The notes under the pieces: generated by a model
What the model was told of the DNA's origin: nothing
The model's input: only the letters and a program-made list of their open reading frames with translations
Database searches by the model: none
Position numbers and translations under genes: made by a program
In this document: one piece after another, positions 1 to 10,957 of the stretch
How the letters are laid out: every line of letters starts with the position of its first letter
Numbering within the stretch: position 1 is the first letter of the stretch
Source: an uncultured Actinomycetota bacterium
GTDB taxonomy: Bacteria > Actinomycetota > Actinomycetes > JACCUZ01
Length of the DNA stretch: 64,000 bases
Direction of reading: 5' to 3'
Assembly (NCBI GenBank): GCA_963846525.1
Contig: CAWJWE010000009.1
Span: 1,061 to 65,060, forward strand

Positions 1-20
1 CGCCGTAGGCTCGCCGGGTC

Positions 21-560
21 GTGCACCGGAGCTTGGGGGGACCTGTGGGGATGGTCGCGCTGCTGGCGTGCGTCTCGTTGGCGACGATCTTCGTCGTGAG
101 CGGGGTCGCCAAGCTGACCGACCGTGACGGGACGCGAGAGGCCGTCGCCGGCTTCGGGGTCCCGCCCTCGCTGGTCCGGCCGGTGGCGCTCGGGCTGGCC
201 CCGGCCGAGATCGTCGTCGCGGCGCTGGTCCTCGTGCCGGCCACCGCCGCCGCCGGCCTGGTCCTCGCCCTCGGTCTCCTGCTTGCCTTCACCGCGGCGG
301 TGGTGATCGCGCTGCGCGCCGGGCGTCGCCCCGAGTGTCACTGCTTCGGCCGCATCGGCGGGGCAGACGTGAGCGCCCGGACGGTCGTCCGCAACCTCGC
401 CCTCGCGTCGCTCGCGGCCGTCGGCCTCGGCGGGCTGGCCGACCAGCGACCCGCCGTCGGGCGCCGGGGTCGCCGCCGGCGTGCTCGGCGGCCTGGCCTC
501 GCCGGGCTGGCGATCGGCGCCGAGGGGCTGGCCGGGCCGCGCGGCCCGGCAGCGGCGCGC
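21..560 (+). CDS. MauE/DoxX-like membrane protein (3' part frameshifted)
   Basis: ORF 21..698 N-terminus MVALLACVSLATIFVVSGVAKLTDRDGTREAVAGFGVP..., hydrophobic helices and CHCFG motif typical of MauE; reading frame breaks near 470. Confidence 0.75.
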
Positions 561-589
561 AGCCGAGGACGAGGCCGCGTTCGAGGACG

Positions 590-1366
590 GTCGAGCACTC
601 GGTGGTCGAGGACTTCCGGCTGCCCACGGTGTCCGGGGCCGAGACGACCCTGGCCGACCTGCTGGCGCCGGGGCTGCCGGTGTTCCTCGTGTCGCTGAGC
701 CCGGGCTGCGGGCCGTGCAAGCGCCTGCGCCCCGATGTGGCCCAGTGGGCCAAGCTGCTCTCCGACCAGCTGACCGTGGCGGTGCTGGCGCCCGGGACGG
801 CCGGGAGCAACACGGCGTCCTATGCCGACGTTCCGCACCTGCCGGTCCTGGTCGACGAGGACGGTGCGGTGCGGCAGTCGCTGGGGACGACGGCAACACC
901 GTCGGCCGTGCTGGTGGGCCCGGACCGGAGACTGGCCAGCGGGGTTGCGCACGGCGAGACGCTGGTGCGCAGGCTCCTGGTGAGCGTGCTCACCGGGACG
1001 CACGTCGACGAGAGCGTGCCGGAGCCGGAGAGCGGGACGCTCGAGGGGACGCCGGCCGACGAGATCGACCTGTCCAGCGCGGTCGGGCCCCGACCGACGG
1101 TCCAGACCCACGCGCTCGGGGAGTCGACCGTGCTGCTGGACTCGACATCCGGCGCCACGCTCGTGCTCGACCCGATCGGTGCCGTGGTCTGGTCGGTCCT
1201 GGACGGTGCGAGCCCGCTCGGCGAGATCGTCGCCGACATCGCCGAGGTCTTCGAGGCACCGGTCGCCGCGGTGGGCACCGACGTGCTCGAGCTCGTCCGG
1301 ACCCTGGGCCGGTCCGGCCTGCTGGCGGGGTCGCCCCCCAGCGTGGGCACGCTGGCCCCGCGTTGA
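590..1366 (+). CDS. Redoxin (thioredoxin-fold) domain protein with C-terminal PqqD-like domain
   Basis: Frame of ORF 335..1366: VVEDFRLPTVSGAETTLADLL...SLSPGCGPCKRLRPDVA (CxxC redoxin) followed by LDPIGAVVWSVLDGASPLGEIVADIAEVFEAPV (PqqD-like). Confidence 0.8.
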   Translation, partial: VEHSVVEDFRLPTVSGAETTLADLLAPGLPVFLVSLSPGCGPCKRLRPDVAQWAKLLSDQLTVAVLAPGTAGSNTASYADVPHLPVLVDEDGAVRQSLGTTATPSAVLVGPDRRLASGVAHGETLVRRLLVSVLTGTHVDESVPEPESGTLEGTPADEIDLSSAVGPRPTVQTHALGESTVLLDSTSGATLVLDPIGAVVWSVLDGASPLGEIVADIAEVFEAPVAAVGTDVLELVRTLGRSGLLAGSPPSVGTLAPR

Positions 1367-1570
1367 CCCACGATCACGCTGGAGCGTAGGCTGGCCGGTG
1401 CGCTGTGGGCCTGCGCGACCTCGAACGGAGCAGGCCACGCTCGGTGAGTCGAACCTCCCAGCCCCTCGCAAGAGCGGTCCCGGGTCCCGGCACGTCGAAA
1501 CGGGCCCCTGCGCGCCACGACGACATCTGTCCGCCAACGACATCTGTCCACCCCACGGAGCCACTCCTAC

Positions 1571-3099
1571 ATGACGGCAAGAGCATCGAAGCCGCCCGGT
1601 CAGCAGCACCCCCAACGTCGCGGTCAACGACATCGGCGACGAAGAGGCCTTCCTCGCCGCGATCGACGAGACCATCAAGTACTTCAACGACGGCGACATC
1701 GTCGAGGGCGTCATCGTCAAGGTCGACCGGGACGAGGTCCTGCTCGACATCGGCTACAAGACCGAGGGCGTCATCCCCTCCCGCGAGCTCTCGATCAAGC
1801 ACGACGTCGACCCCAACGAGGTCGTCAGCGTCGGCGACGAGGTCGAGGCCCTGGTCCTCCAGAAGGAGGACAAGGAGGGCCGGCTGATCCTGTCGAAGAA
1901 GCGCGCGCAGTACGAGCGGGCGTGGGGCACGATCGAGAAGATCAAGGACGAGGACGGCATCGTCACCGGCACCGTCATCGAGGTCGTCAAGGGTGGCCTG
2001 ATCCTCGACATCGGCCTGCGCGGCTTCCTCCCGGCGTCGCTGGTCGAGATGCGCCGCGTGCGCGACCTCCAGCCGTACGTCGGCAAGGAGCTCGAGGCCA
2101 AGATCATCGAGCTGGACAAGAACCGCAACAACGTCGTCCTGTCCCGCCGCGCGTGGCTCGAGCAGACCCAGTCCGAGGTGCGCTCGACGTTCCTGCAGAC
2201 CCTGCAGAAGGGCCAGGTCCGCTCCGGCGTGGTCTCCTCCATCGTCAACTTCGGTGCGTTCGTCGACCTCGGCGGCGTCGACGGTCTGGTGCACGTCTCC
2301 GAGCTGTCCTGGAAGCACATCGACCACCCGTCCGAGGTCGTCGAGGTCGGCCAGGAGGTCACGGTCGAGGTCCTCGACGTCGACATGGACCGCGAGCGGG
2401 TCTCGCTGTCGCTCAAGGCGACCCAGGAAGACCCGTGGCAGCAGTTCGCCCGCACCCACCAGATCGGCCAGGTCGTGCCGGGCAAGGTCACCAAGCTGGT
2501 GCCGTTCGGCTCGTTCGTCCGGGTCGACGAGGGCATCGAGGGCCTGGTGCACATCTCCGAGCTGGCCGAGCGCCACGTCGAGATCCCCGAGCAGGTCGTC
2601 CAGGTCGGCGACGAGATCTTCGTCAAGGTCATCGACATCGACCTCGAGCGCCGCCGCATCTCGCTGTCGCTCAAGCAGGCCAACGAGGGCGTCGCCCCGG
2701 CCGAGGGCGACGAAGCGCGTTCGACCCGACGCTCTACGGCATGTCGGCGTCCTACGACGAGGCCGGCAACTACCAGTACCCGGACGGCTTCGACCCGGAG
2801 ACCAACGAGTGGCTGCCCGGGCACGAGGAGCAGCAGGCCGAGTGGGAGCGTCAGTACGCCGAGGCGCGGGTCCGCTACGAGGCGCACATGAAGCAGGTCA
2901 CCGAGGCGCAGAAGGCGGAGGCCGAGGCCGGTCTCGAGGGCGCCAGCGGTGCCCCGTCGACGTACTCCTCGGAGGCCCCGGCGGACGGGGCGAGGGCGAC
3001 GACAGCGCGTCCAGCACCCCGACCCCGGCCGCGGCCGGCGGCACGCTGGCGTCCGACGAGGCGCTCGCCGCCCTGCGCGAGAAGCTCACCGGCGGCTGA
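1571..3099 (+). CDS. rpsA: 30S ribosomal protein S1 (frameshifts near 1.6-1.8, 2.7 and 3.0 kb)
   Basis: Repeated S1 domains (GDIVEGVIVKVDRDEVLLDIGYKTEGVIPSREL; GQVRSGVVSSIVNFGAFVDLGGVDGLVHVSELSW; GKVTKLVPFGSFVRVDEGIEGLVHISELAERHVE). Confidence 0.95.
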
Positions 3100-3179
3100 C
3101 AGCCACCGCAGTACCTCGCGAGGCCCGCACCGGATCCCGGTGCGGGCCTCGCGTCGTCCCGACTCATAGGCTAGGCACG

Positions 3180-4298
3180 GTGGGCCGACACGAGGCGGGG
3201 GCGCGCGTCGTCGGCGTCGACGTCGCCAGGGGGCTGGCCCTGATCGGGATGGCCGCGACGCACATCTTCCCGTCGTACGTCGATGAGCGCGTGCACCCGG
3301 CCTACCTCGTGGCCGCCGGCCGGGCCTCGGCGCTGTTCGCGGTGCTGGCCGGCGTCAGCCTGTCGCTGCTCGCCGGCCGAGCGACCTCGCTGCGCCGGCT
3401 CCGGGTCGCCGTGGTGGTGCGCGCCGGGCTGCTGTTCGCCCTGGGCCTCGCGCTGGGGACGGCAGACTCACCGCCGCTGGTGATCCTCTGCTACTACGCG
3501 CTGCTCTTCCTGGTGGCGGTGCCGCTGCTGGGGCTCCGGGCCCGGACGCTGGCCGTTCTGGCCGTGCTCTGGGCGCTGGTCTCGCCGGTGGCCAGCCACC
3601 TGCTGCGCGACACGGTCGTGCCCGCCTTCGAGATCGACGAGCCCGGCGGCGCGTGGCCTGTTCGTGCAGCTGGCGGTGTCCGGTGTGTACCCGGTGCTCA
3701 CCTGGACGACGTACCTGCTCATCGGCCTCGCGGTCGGCCGGCTGGCGCTGCGCAACCCGAAGGTGGGTCTCGGGCTGCTGGCCGGGGGAGCGGTGGCCGC
3801 GGTGGGTGCCCGGCTGCTCTCGGCCGGTCTGCTCGACCTGGTCGGCGGCCGCGGTGCGCTGCTGACCGACGGCTTCGCGCGGGAGCAGGTCGACCGGGCC
3901 CTGGACGTCGGGATGTTCGGCGTCACGCCCGCCTCGGACGCCGACTGGCTGGTGGTCGCCGCCCCGCACAGCGGCACCACCCTCGACCTGATCGGGACGG
4001 CCGGCAGCGCGGTGGCGGTCCTCGGCCTGTGCCTGCTCCTCACCCGCAAGTCCGCGGGCGTCCTCTACCCGGTGGCGGCGGCCGGGTCGATGACGCTGAC
4101 GCTCTACACGGCGCACGTCCTGGCGCTGCGGACGGACGGGCCGCTGCTCCTCGACGACCGCCTCCACCTCTGGCTGCTGCACGTCGCCGTCGCGCTGGTG
4201 GCCGCGACCCTGTGGCGGCTCGTCGTCGGACGAGGGCCGCTCGAGGCGGTGACGACGTTCCTGTCCACGCGGTCGCCCGCGTTGCCGTGCGGACGTGA
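3180..4298 (+). CDS. DUF418/DUF1624-type acyltransferase-like membrane protein (frameshifted)
   Basis: RVVGVDVARGLALIGMAATHIFPSYVDERVHPAYLVAAGRASALFAVLAGVSLSLLAG; multiple TM helices. Confidence 0.75.
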   Translation: MGRHEAGARVVGVDVARGLALIGMAATHIFPSYVDERVHPAYLVAAGRASALFAVLAGVSLSLLAGRATSLRRLRVAVVVRAGLLFALGLALGTADSPPLVILCYYALLFLVAVPLLGLRARTLAVLAVLWALVSPVASHLLRDTVVPAFEIDEPGGAWPVRAAGGVRCVPGAHLDDVPAHRPRGRPAGAAQPEGGSRAAGRGSGGRGGCPAALGRSARPGRRPRCAADRRLRAGAGRPGPGRRDVRRHARLGRRLAGGRRPAQRHHPRPDRDGRQRGGGPRPVPAPHPQVRGRPLPGGGGRVDDADALHGARPGAADGRAAAPRRPPPPLAAARRRRAGGRDPVAARRRTRAARGGDDVPVHAVARVAVRT

Positions 4299-4341
4299 TC
4301 AAGAGGCAATTCTCGAAAGCGGACACCTGGCGGCCAACCGG

Positions 4342-4623
4342 ATGAGAACCTCCCTTCCCATGGGGGCCGTACGGGTGCGACTGCATGGGGGCGTCGAGGA
4401 CGTTTTTGCCGACGAGCAGGTCGGTGGCGAGACAGGCGGCGTCTGGGACCCGCGCATCACGATGTTCGACTTCAGGTACCAGGTGTCCGCCGACCGTCGC
4501 CTTGCCGTGATCGTCGCGCAGCTGTTCCATGACCGCCGGCACTCACCGGACTTCCATCCTGTCGCCGCGGTGGAGGTGGCCACCTACTCTGCGTCGGAGT
4601 GGGTGAGCGTCACCAAGACCTGA
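4342..4623 (+). CDS. Hypothetical protein
   Basis: ATG-started 93-codon stretch ([22 protein letters not shown]...[10 protein letters not shown]) at the end of ORF 3664..4623; G/C-rich third positions; no recognisable family. Confidence 0.25.
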   Translation: MRTSLPMGAVRVRLHGGVEDVFADEQVGGETGGVWDPRITMFDFRYQVSADRRLAVIVAQLFHDRRHSPDFHPVAAVEVATYSASEWVSVTKT

Positions 4624-4648
4624 CCGCTGCCCGCGCTACGGTTCAGAC

Positions 4649-5251
4649 GTGATCAAGGTCGGTCTCACCGGGGGCATCGGCTCGGGCAAGTCCGAGGTCG
4701 CCCGGCTGCTCGCCGACCACGGGGCGGTCGTGGTCGATGCCGACGCCCTGGCTCGCGAGGCCGTCGCAGCGGGCACCCCCGGTCTCGCGGCTGTGGTCGA
4801 GGAGTTCGGTCCCGACGTGCTGGCGGCCGACGGGTCGCTGGACCGCGGACGGCTCGGCCGGATCGTCTTTGCCGACCCGGCGAAGAGGGCGGCGCTCGAG
4901 GCGATCGTCCACCCCTACGTCGGCCGGCGCAGCGCCGAGCTGATCGCCGCTGCCGCGCCGGACGCCGTCGTCGTCTACGACGTGCCCTTGCTCGTGGAGA
5001 AGTCCCTGCAGGACGGCTACGACGTCGTGGTGGTCGTCGACGCCGCCGACGAGATCCGGCTGAAGCGCCTCGTCGAGGTGCGCGGCATGACCGAGGCCGA
5101 CGCGCGATCCAGGATGGCGGCTCAGGCGCCGCGAGCCGACCGCCTCGCCGCGGCCGACCGGGTCGTCCTCAACGAGGAGGGGCTCGACGACCTGCGTCGA
5201 GTGGTGGACGAGCTCTGGTCTTCGCTGCGGCCGGCGGCGCGCGCTTGGTAG
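4649..5251 (+). CDS. coaE: Dephospho-CoA kinase
   Basis: Intact [43 protein letters not shown]-loop kinase. Confidence 0.96.
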   Translation: MIKVGLTGGIGSGKSEVARLLADHGAVVVDADALAREAVAAGTPGLAAVVEEFGPDVLAADGSLDRGRLGRIVFADPAKRAALEAIVHPYVGRRSAELIAAAAPDAVVVYDVPLLVEKSLQDGYDVVVVVDAADEIRLKRLVEVRGMTEADARSRMAAQAPRADRLAAADRVVLNEEGLDDLRRVVDELWSSLRPAARAW

Positions 5252-5297
5252 CCTGCAGCGAGCCGCAGAGAGCGAGCATGGGGGGCTGCAGGCGTCG

Positions 5298-6160
5298 ATG
5301 TCGACCACGACTGCCATCGGGCACGGCCGCCGGGCCCAGCTCAAGAGGATGCTCGGCGCGCTGCCCAGCGGGCGCGCTGCCGGCGTCCGGGCGCTGATCT
5401 ACCACCGCGTCGGCGGCGGGTCGCCCGACGAGCGCGACCTCGCGACCGCGGCCTTCGCCGAGCAGCTCGACGTCCTGGCCGACCAGCGCGTCCGTTCGCT
5501 CGACGACGCCCTCGACGCGGTCCAGGCCGGCGACTCGCGGCCCGCCGTCGTGCTGACCTTCGACGACGGGTTCGAGGACGTCTTCCACCACGCCTGGCCG
5601 CTGCTGCGGGCTCGCGAGGTGCCGTTCACGCTGTACCTGGCCACCGCGTTCGTCGGCGGCACGATGCACTGGGACGGCTCGACAGCGCGTGACTCCGGCG
5701 GGCCCGGCCTGACCTGGCCGCAGATCCGCGAGATGGTGGACAGCGGGCTGTGCACGGTGGGCAACCACACCCACACCCACGTCCGCCCCGAGCAGCTGGA
5801 CGCCGACGAGCTGGACCGGTGCACCGAGACGGTCGAGGCTGAGATCGGCATCGTCCCGCGCCACTTCGCCTACACCTGGGGCGTCCCGGTGCCCCGGATG
5901 GAGGCCGAGCTGCGGGCCCGGTTCCGCACGGCGGCCACCGGGCTGCGTCGGCCGCAACCGGCCGGGCAACGACCCGCTGGCGCTGCGCCGGGTCCCGGTC
6001 CGCGGCTCCGACCCGATCGAGTTCTTCCGGGCCAAGCTCGACGGCAACCTCTGGCAGGAGCGGGCCTACGGCGCGGCGGTGTCCTCGGCCAAGCGGGTCG
6101 GGCGCCCGTGCCTGACACCGGCTCGCTCCCGTGCTGCGCGGACCCGGCGGCCGCCGGCTC
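5298..6160 (+). CDS. Polysaccharide deacetylase family protein (3' frameshifts)
   Basis: RALIYHRVGGGSPDERD...PAVVLTFDDGFEDVFHHAWPLL...HTHTHVRPEQLDADEL (NodB motifs). Confidence 0.88.
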
Positions 6161-7282
6161 CGGGTCGCACACCTGACCACCGTCGACATGAGCCTGGCGC
6201 TGCTGCTCCCCACCGAGCTCGCCGTCGACCTCGAAGCGGCCTCGACGTGGTCGGCATCTCAGCGCCCGGACCGTACGTCGAGCGGGTCGAGGCCCTCGGC
6301 GTCCGGCACGTCCCGGTCCACTCGCTGACCCGCGCGTGGCGGCCGGCGCAGGACCTGCGCGCTGCCCGCGAGCTGGCCCGGCTGCTGCGCCGGCTGCGGC
6401 TGGACGTCCTGCACACCCACAACCCGAAGACCGGCGTCCTGGGCCGGGTGCTCGGCCGCGCTGTGGGCGTCCCCGTCGTCGTCAACACCTGCCACGGGCT
6501 GTGGGTGCGGCAGGGCGACCGCCGGCTCAAGCGGGCGCTCGTGCATCGGCGCCGAGGCGTTCGCGGCGTGGTTCTCCGACGCCGAGCTGTTCCAGAACGC
6601 CGAGGACCCGCACGCTGCACCGGTCGTACCCCGCGCGGCGATCGCCGGTGGTGGGCAACGGCATCGACCTGGCCCGCTTCCGGCTCGACCCGGCGGCGCG
6701 CGCCGCGGTACGCCGAGAGCTCGGCGTCGGCGACGACGAGCTTCTCGTCGGCGGCGTGGGTCGCCGGGTGGCCGAGAAGGGCATCGCCGAGTACGCCGAG
6801 GCGGCGCCGCGCGCTCGCCGGCAAGGCCCGCTTCGTGTGGGTCGGGCCGACCGACGTCGACAAGCCGGACGCGGTGACGACGTGGGGCGGGCGTCGAGCT
6901 CCTCGGCGAGCGCGCGCGACATGCCGGCGCTTCTACAACGCGCTCGACGTCTTCGTGCCTGCCGTCCTACCGCGAGGGCTTCTCCCGCTCGGCGATGGAG
7001 GCCGCCGCCTGTGAGACGCGATGGTGCTGTCCGACATCCGGGGCTGCCGTGAGATCGGGGCACGACCGGCGAGCTGCTGCTGGTCCCGCCGCGCGACGCG
7101 GCTGCGCTGACCTCGGCGATCGGGCGACCTGCTGACCGACGAGCGCGTACGCCGAGCGCTCGCCGCCGCCGCGCGGGCGCACGCGTTGGCGGCGTTCGAC
7201 CAGCGGCAGGTCGCCCAGCGTTCGCTGGAGACCTACGCGGCTGTGGCCCGGCGGCAGTCGGCTGGGCTGGGACGCGCAGGAG

Positions 7283-7290
<8 letters not shown>
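6159..7290 (+). CDS. Glycosyltransferase family 4 (several frameshifts)
   Basis: RVAHLTTVDMSLALLLPTELAVD / DVLHTHNPKTGVLGRVLGRAVGVPVVVNTCHGLW / YNALDVFVP fragments in adjacent frames. Confidence 0.82.
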
Positions 7291-7884
<594 letters not shown>

Positions 7885-7888
<4 letters not shown>

Positions 7889-8508
7889 GTGTGCCCGTTC
7901 TGGTTCTTCAGCAGCGGGAACACCAGCAGGTACGGACGGTCCGGGTCGATGACCTGCGGGTCGTAGGCCTTCATCAGACCGCCGGCCTTGTAGAAGACCC
8001 CGCCCTTGTGGCCGATCCAGGACAGCAGCTCGCAGTGCTCGCCACCGGCCTTCTTGCCGTCCCGGTCGACGTCCAGGTCGAGGTAGAGCATGCCCTTGAT
8101 GACGTAGATCGCGACGTCCGACGGCGGGTCGGCTGTGGCGGCAGCGTAGGGCCGGTACTTCTGCGCGATGCCGTGCGGCTCCGAGCTCTTGGGCCAGCCG
8201 TCGTTGGGGTCATTCGAGGAACCCTTGAGGTTGGGTCCGTACTCAAGCCAGAACGAGTCCGGGTGCTTGGAGTCGGGTGCGTTGACCTTGATCAGGTACT
8301 TGGTCGTTCCGCACTTGATCGCGAGGATGTAGTACGACGCCTTGAGCGGCGTGCCGTCGCCCCGCGATATGGGACTGCCGGCGGCGGCCGGTCCGGCCGA
8401 GAGCACCGTGACGGTGGGCGTGACCCAGAGCAGCGTCCCGCCGACGACGGCGGAACGCCTGAGCATGGAGCGCCGGCTGAGACCGGTCGGCTCGTCAGAG
8501 ATGGTCAT
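7885..8508 (-). CDS. Tat-signal exported protein of unknown function (207 aa)
   Basis: Intact [47 protein letters not shown] signal; remainder no recognised domain. Confidence 0.7.
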
Positions 8509-8573
8509 GCGGCAGCGTCCTCCGAGTCACGGGTGTGCACAGCACAGCGTATTCGAGCAAGATCGTCACGGCA

Positions 8574-8885
8574 CTACGCATCGCGCAGCACGTCCTCTAC
8601 GTCGGCTGCCTCGACCAACGCCCCGGCAGCCTGCAGCTCCTCGGCAAGGGCGAGCACGTCCGGCTTGATCTGTGTGGCGTCGCCGCCGAAGGCGTCGGCG
8701 AGGTCCGCGATGATCTCGCCGAGCGGCGCCGGCGGAAGCAGGCAGTCCCAGACCAGGGCCGCGACCGGGTCCAGCCGGTGCAGCGTGTCGGCCCCCGGCA
8801 CGAAGAGGATCTTCTCGTCGTCCAGTGACACGACGTGCACGTCGGGGCTGGGTACGAGGACGGATTCGAGGGTCGCGGTCGTCAC
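8574..8885 (-). CDS. PqqD family protein
   Basis: VHVVSLDDEKILFVPGADTLHRLDPVAALVWDCLLPPAPLGEIIADLADAFGG; PqqD-like; stop-start overlap with upstream kinase-like ORF. Confidence 0.75.
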   Translation of the reverse strand: MTTATLESVLVPSPDVHVVSLDDEKILFVPGADTLHRLDPVAALVWDCLLPPAPLGEIIADLADAFGGDATQIKPDVLALAEELQAAGALVEAADVEDVLRDA

Positions 8886-9735
8886 GGTGTGCTCACCAGC
8901 TCTCGCACCAGGGTGACTGCGGCGTCGAGGTCGCCGATCGTCAGCCGGTAGCACTCGACCGTCCGGCACAGGGTCGCGAGACCCTCCAGGTTGCGGATCG
9001 GGTCGGCGAGGAACTGGAAGGTCGACGCGCAGAGCTCCAGCGCGGCCGTGGCCGGGGTGAGGGGCTCGAGCACGGTGTCGGCTCCCGCCACGTACTTCGG
9101 GAGGACGACGAAAGCGACCGGGGCTCGTGACGACAGGCTGCTGGTGCCGAGGCTGCTGACCGGGACTTGCCACTGGGCCGGCATCCCGCCGGCGTCCTGT
9201 TCCCGCAGCCCGGCCAGGACCGGCCAGGACCCGTTGTCCACCGACAGGCTCTTGTGGAACGGCTCGACGTGCAGGTCGGTCAACGACACCGCCGCCGCCT
9301 CGTCAGTCAGGTAGCCGAAGCCCGCGAGCAGGAGGCCGGTGACGGTGGTCGTCTTGCCGCTCTCCATCGGGGCGGGCAGCACGACGGCGCGGCCGTCCCA
9401 GGTGGCGGCCGCGGCGTGCAGCAGGACGTGACCGGGCATGGTGCGCTGGGTCGCCTGCGCGTTCACGTGCCAGAGCAGGGTGCCGAGCACGTGGAACGCC
9501 GTGGCGTCGCTGAACACCGGGACGTCGTCGCAGCGCAGCTGCCAGAAGCCCGGCGCGGACCCGGGCACCAGCTTGTAGACGACCCGGGAACCCTCCCCGA
9601 CGTCGCCGTCCGCGACAGCCAGGTCGCGGTACACGTTGGCGACCCGCTGAGCCAGGTCAGGATCGGGGGTCCGACCTCGAAGACGTGGTCGAGTGCCCGG
9701 AAGGTCAGCCCGGTGACCACGGCCGTGGACGTCAC
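8882..9735 (-). CDS. HprK-like (HPr kinase-related) ATP-binding protein, one frameshift near 9680
   Basis: VLLHAAAATWDGRAVVLPAPMESGKTTTVTGLLLAGFGYLTDEAAAV: Walker-A-like segment in HprK-type context; GTG start overlaps the DegT stop codon. Confidence 0.7.
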
Positions 9736-10947
9736 GCGACGCTCCGGGCGATCGCCTCGGCGTGCTCGTGCAGGGCCACGACGAGGTCGGCGAGCCGGCC
9801 ACGTCGGCTCGTGGTCATGGTCGGACCACAGCGGTGGAGTGATGACCCGTTGGCTCAGCGTCGTCGGTCACGCGGCAGGTCGCCGTGGTCCGGTGTGCCG
9901 GCGTACGCCTGCTGCCGGTGGATCGGCGGGTCGTAGTAGCGGCGGCGAGTCGATGCCCTCGGCGGCCAGCGCGGCCGTCATCGCGGGACGTCGAGGCCGG
10001 CGACGTCCGGCGTCGACGATCAGCGTGAGGTCCTTGTAGGTGGAGACGTCCGCCGCGGCGACGTCGGGGCGCGCAGCCCGGGACGCCGGCGACGCTCGGC
10101 CCAGAACTGCTGCGACCAGCCCGCGGCGGTGGACCAGCGCGCTCGTCGAGCAGGGACAGCGAGGCAGGGCGACGGCGGCGTGCAGCTCGGACATCCGGGC
10201 GTTGAGGCCGGGGAAGCGGCAGTCGTAGTCGCCGGGGTTGCCGTAGTCGCGCCCGAGCCGCAGCGTCCGCGCCAGCTCCTCGTCGTGGGTGGCGACGATG
10301 CCGCCCTCCCCCGCCACGACGACCTTGGTCGGGCTCAGCAGAAGACCTCGGCGACGCCGAAGCCGCCGATCGGCTTGCCCTGGCGGACCGAGCTGCCAGG
10401 CCGTGCGCCGCGTCGTAGACGAGCGGGATCCCGGCCGCGTCGGCGAGCCGCCTGCAGCGCCTCGACGTCGCAGGGCGTGCCGTAGACGTGGGTGGCGGTC
10501 ATCGCGGTGGCCCGGCCACCGAGCTCGTCGAGGGCGGCCGCGGCGTCGGCCGGGTCGAGGGTGAGGGAGTCCTCGGAGACCTCGGCGAAGACCGGCGTCG
10601 CCACCGGCCCAGGCGACGGCGTGCGCGCTGGCGGAGAAGGTGAAGCTGGGCAGCACCACCGGGCCCCGGGCGCCGAGCGCCTGCAGCACCAGCATCAGGC
10701 CGGAGGTGCAGCTGGAGACCGCGACCACGTGGGGGACGCCGAGCCGGGCGGCCACGGTGCTCCTCGAGCTCGCGCACGGTCGGGCCGTTGGTGAGGATGC
10801 CGGAGCGGAGGATCTGCTCCGAGCCGGCGGACGAGCCGCCGGGTGTGTCCCGAGCGACCGGCCGGACCAGCGGCAGCCCTCGGGGAAGGCCGGCGTGCCG
10901 CCGAGGACGGCGGGCAGGTCGGTCATGGCGGTCAGCAGGATGGTCAT
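9732..10947 (-). CDS. DegT/DnrJ/EryC1/StrS family aminotransferase (multiple frameshifts)
   Basis: LPAVLGGTPAFPEG, SEQILRSGILTNGPTVRELEE, VVAVSSCTSGLMLVLQALGARGPVVLPSFTFSASAHAVAW; C-terminus PLWSDMTTS..RLADLVVALHEHAEAIARSVA. Confidence 0.88.
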
Positions 10948-10957
10948 GTCGGGGGCT

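Noticed and set aside
1374-2576. 400-aa minus-strand ORF opposite rpsA
   Set aside because: High-GC antisense shadow of the S1 coding sequence; no plausible family
1571-3099. rpsA as a pseudogene
   Set aside because: Disruption is by short indels with full continuation in adjacent frames and the gene is essential; treated as sequencing error
3355-4542. 395-aa minus-strand ORF opposite the DUF418-like gene
   Set aside because: Mirror of the forward membrane protein, Arg/Gln/Glu-rich low-complexity composition typical of antisense
8882-9735. Canonical HPr kinase/phosphorylase of a PTS system
   Set aside because: Only an HprK-like nucleotide-binding region is visible, with glycan/PqqD context and no HPr or PTS genes nearby
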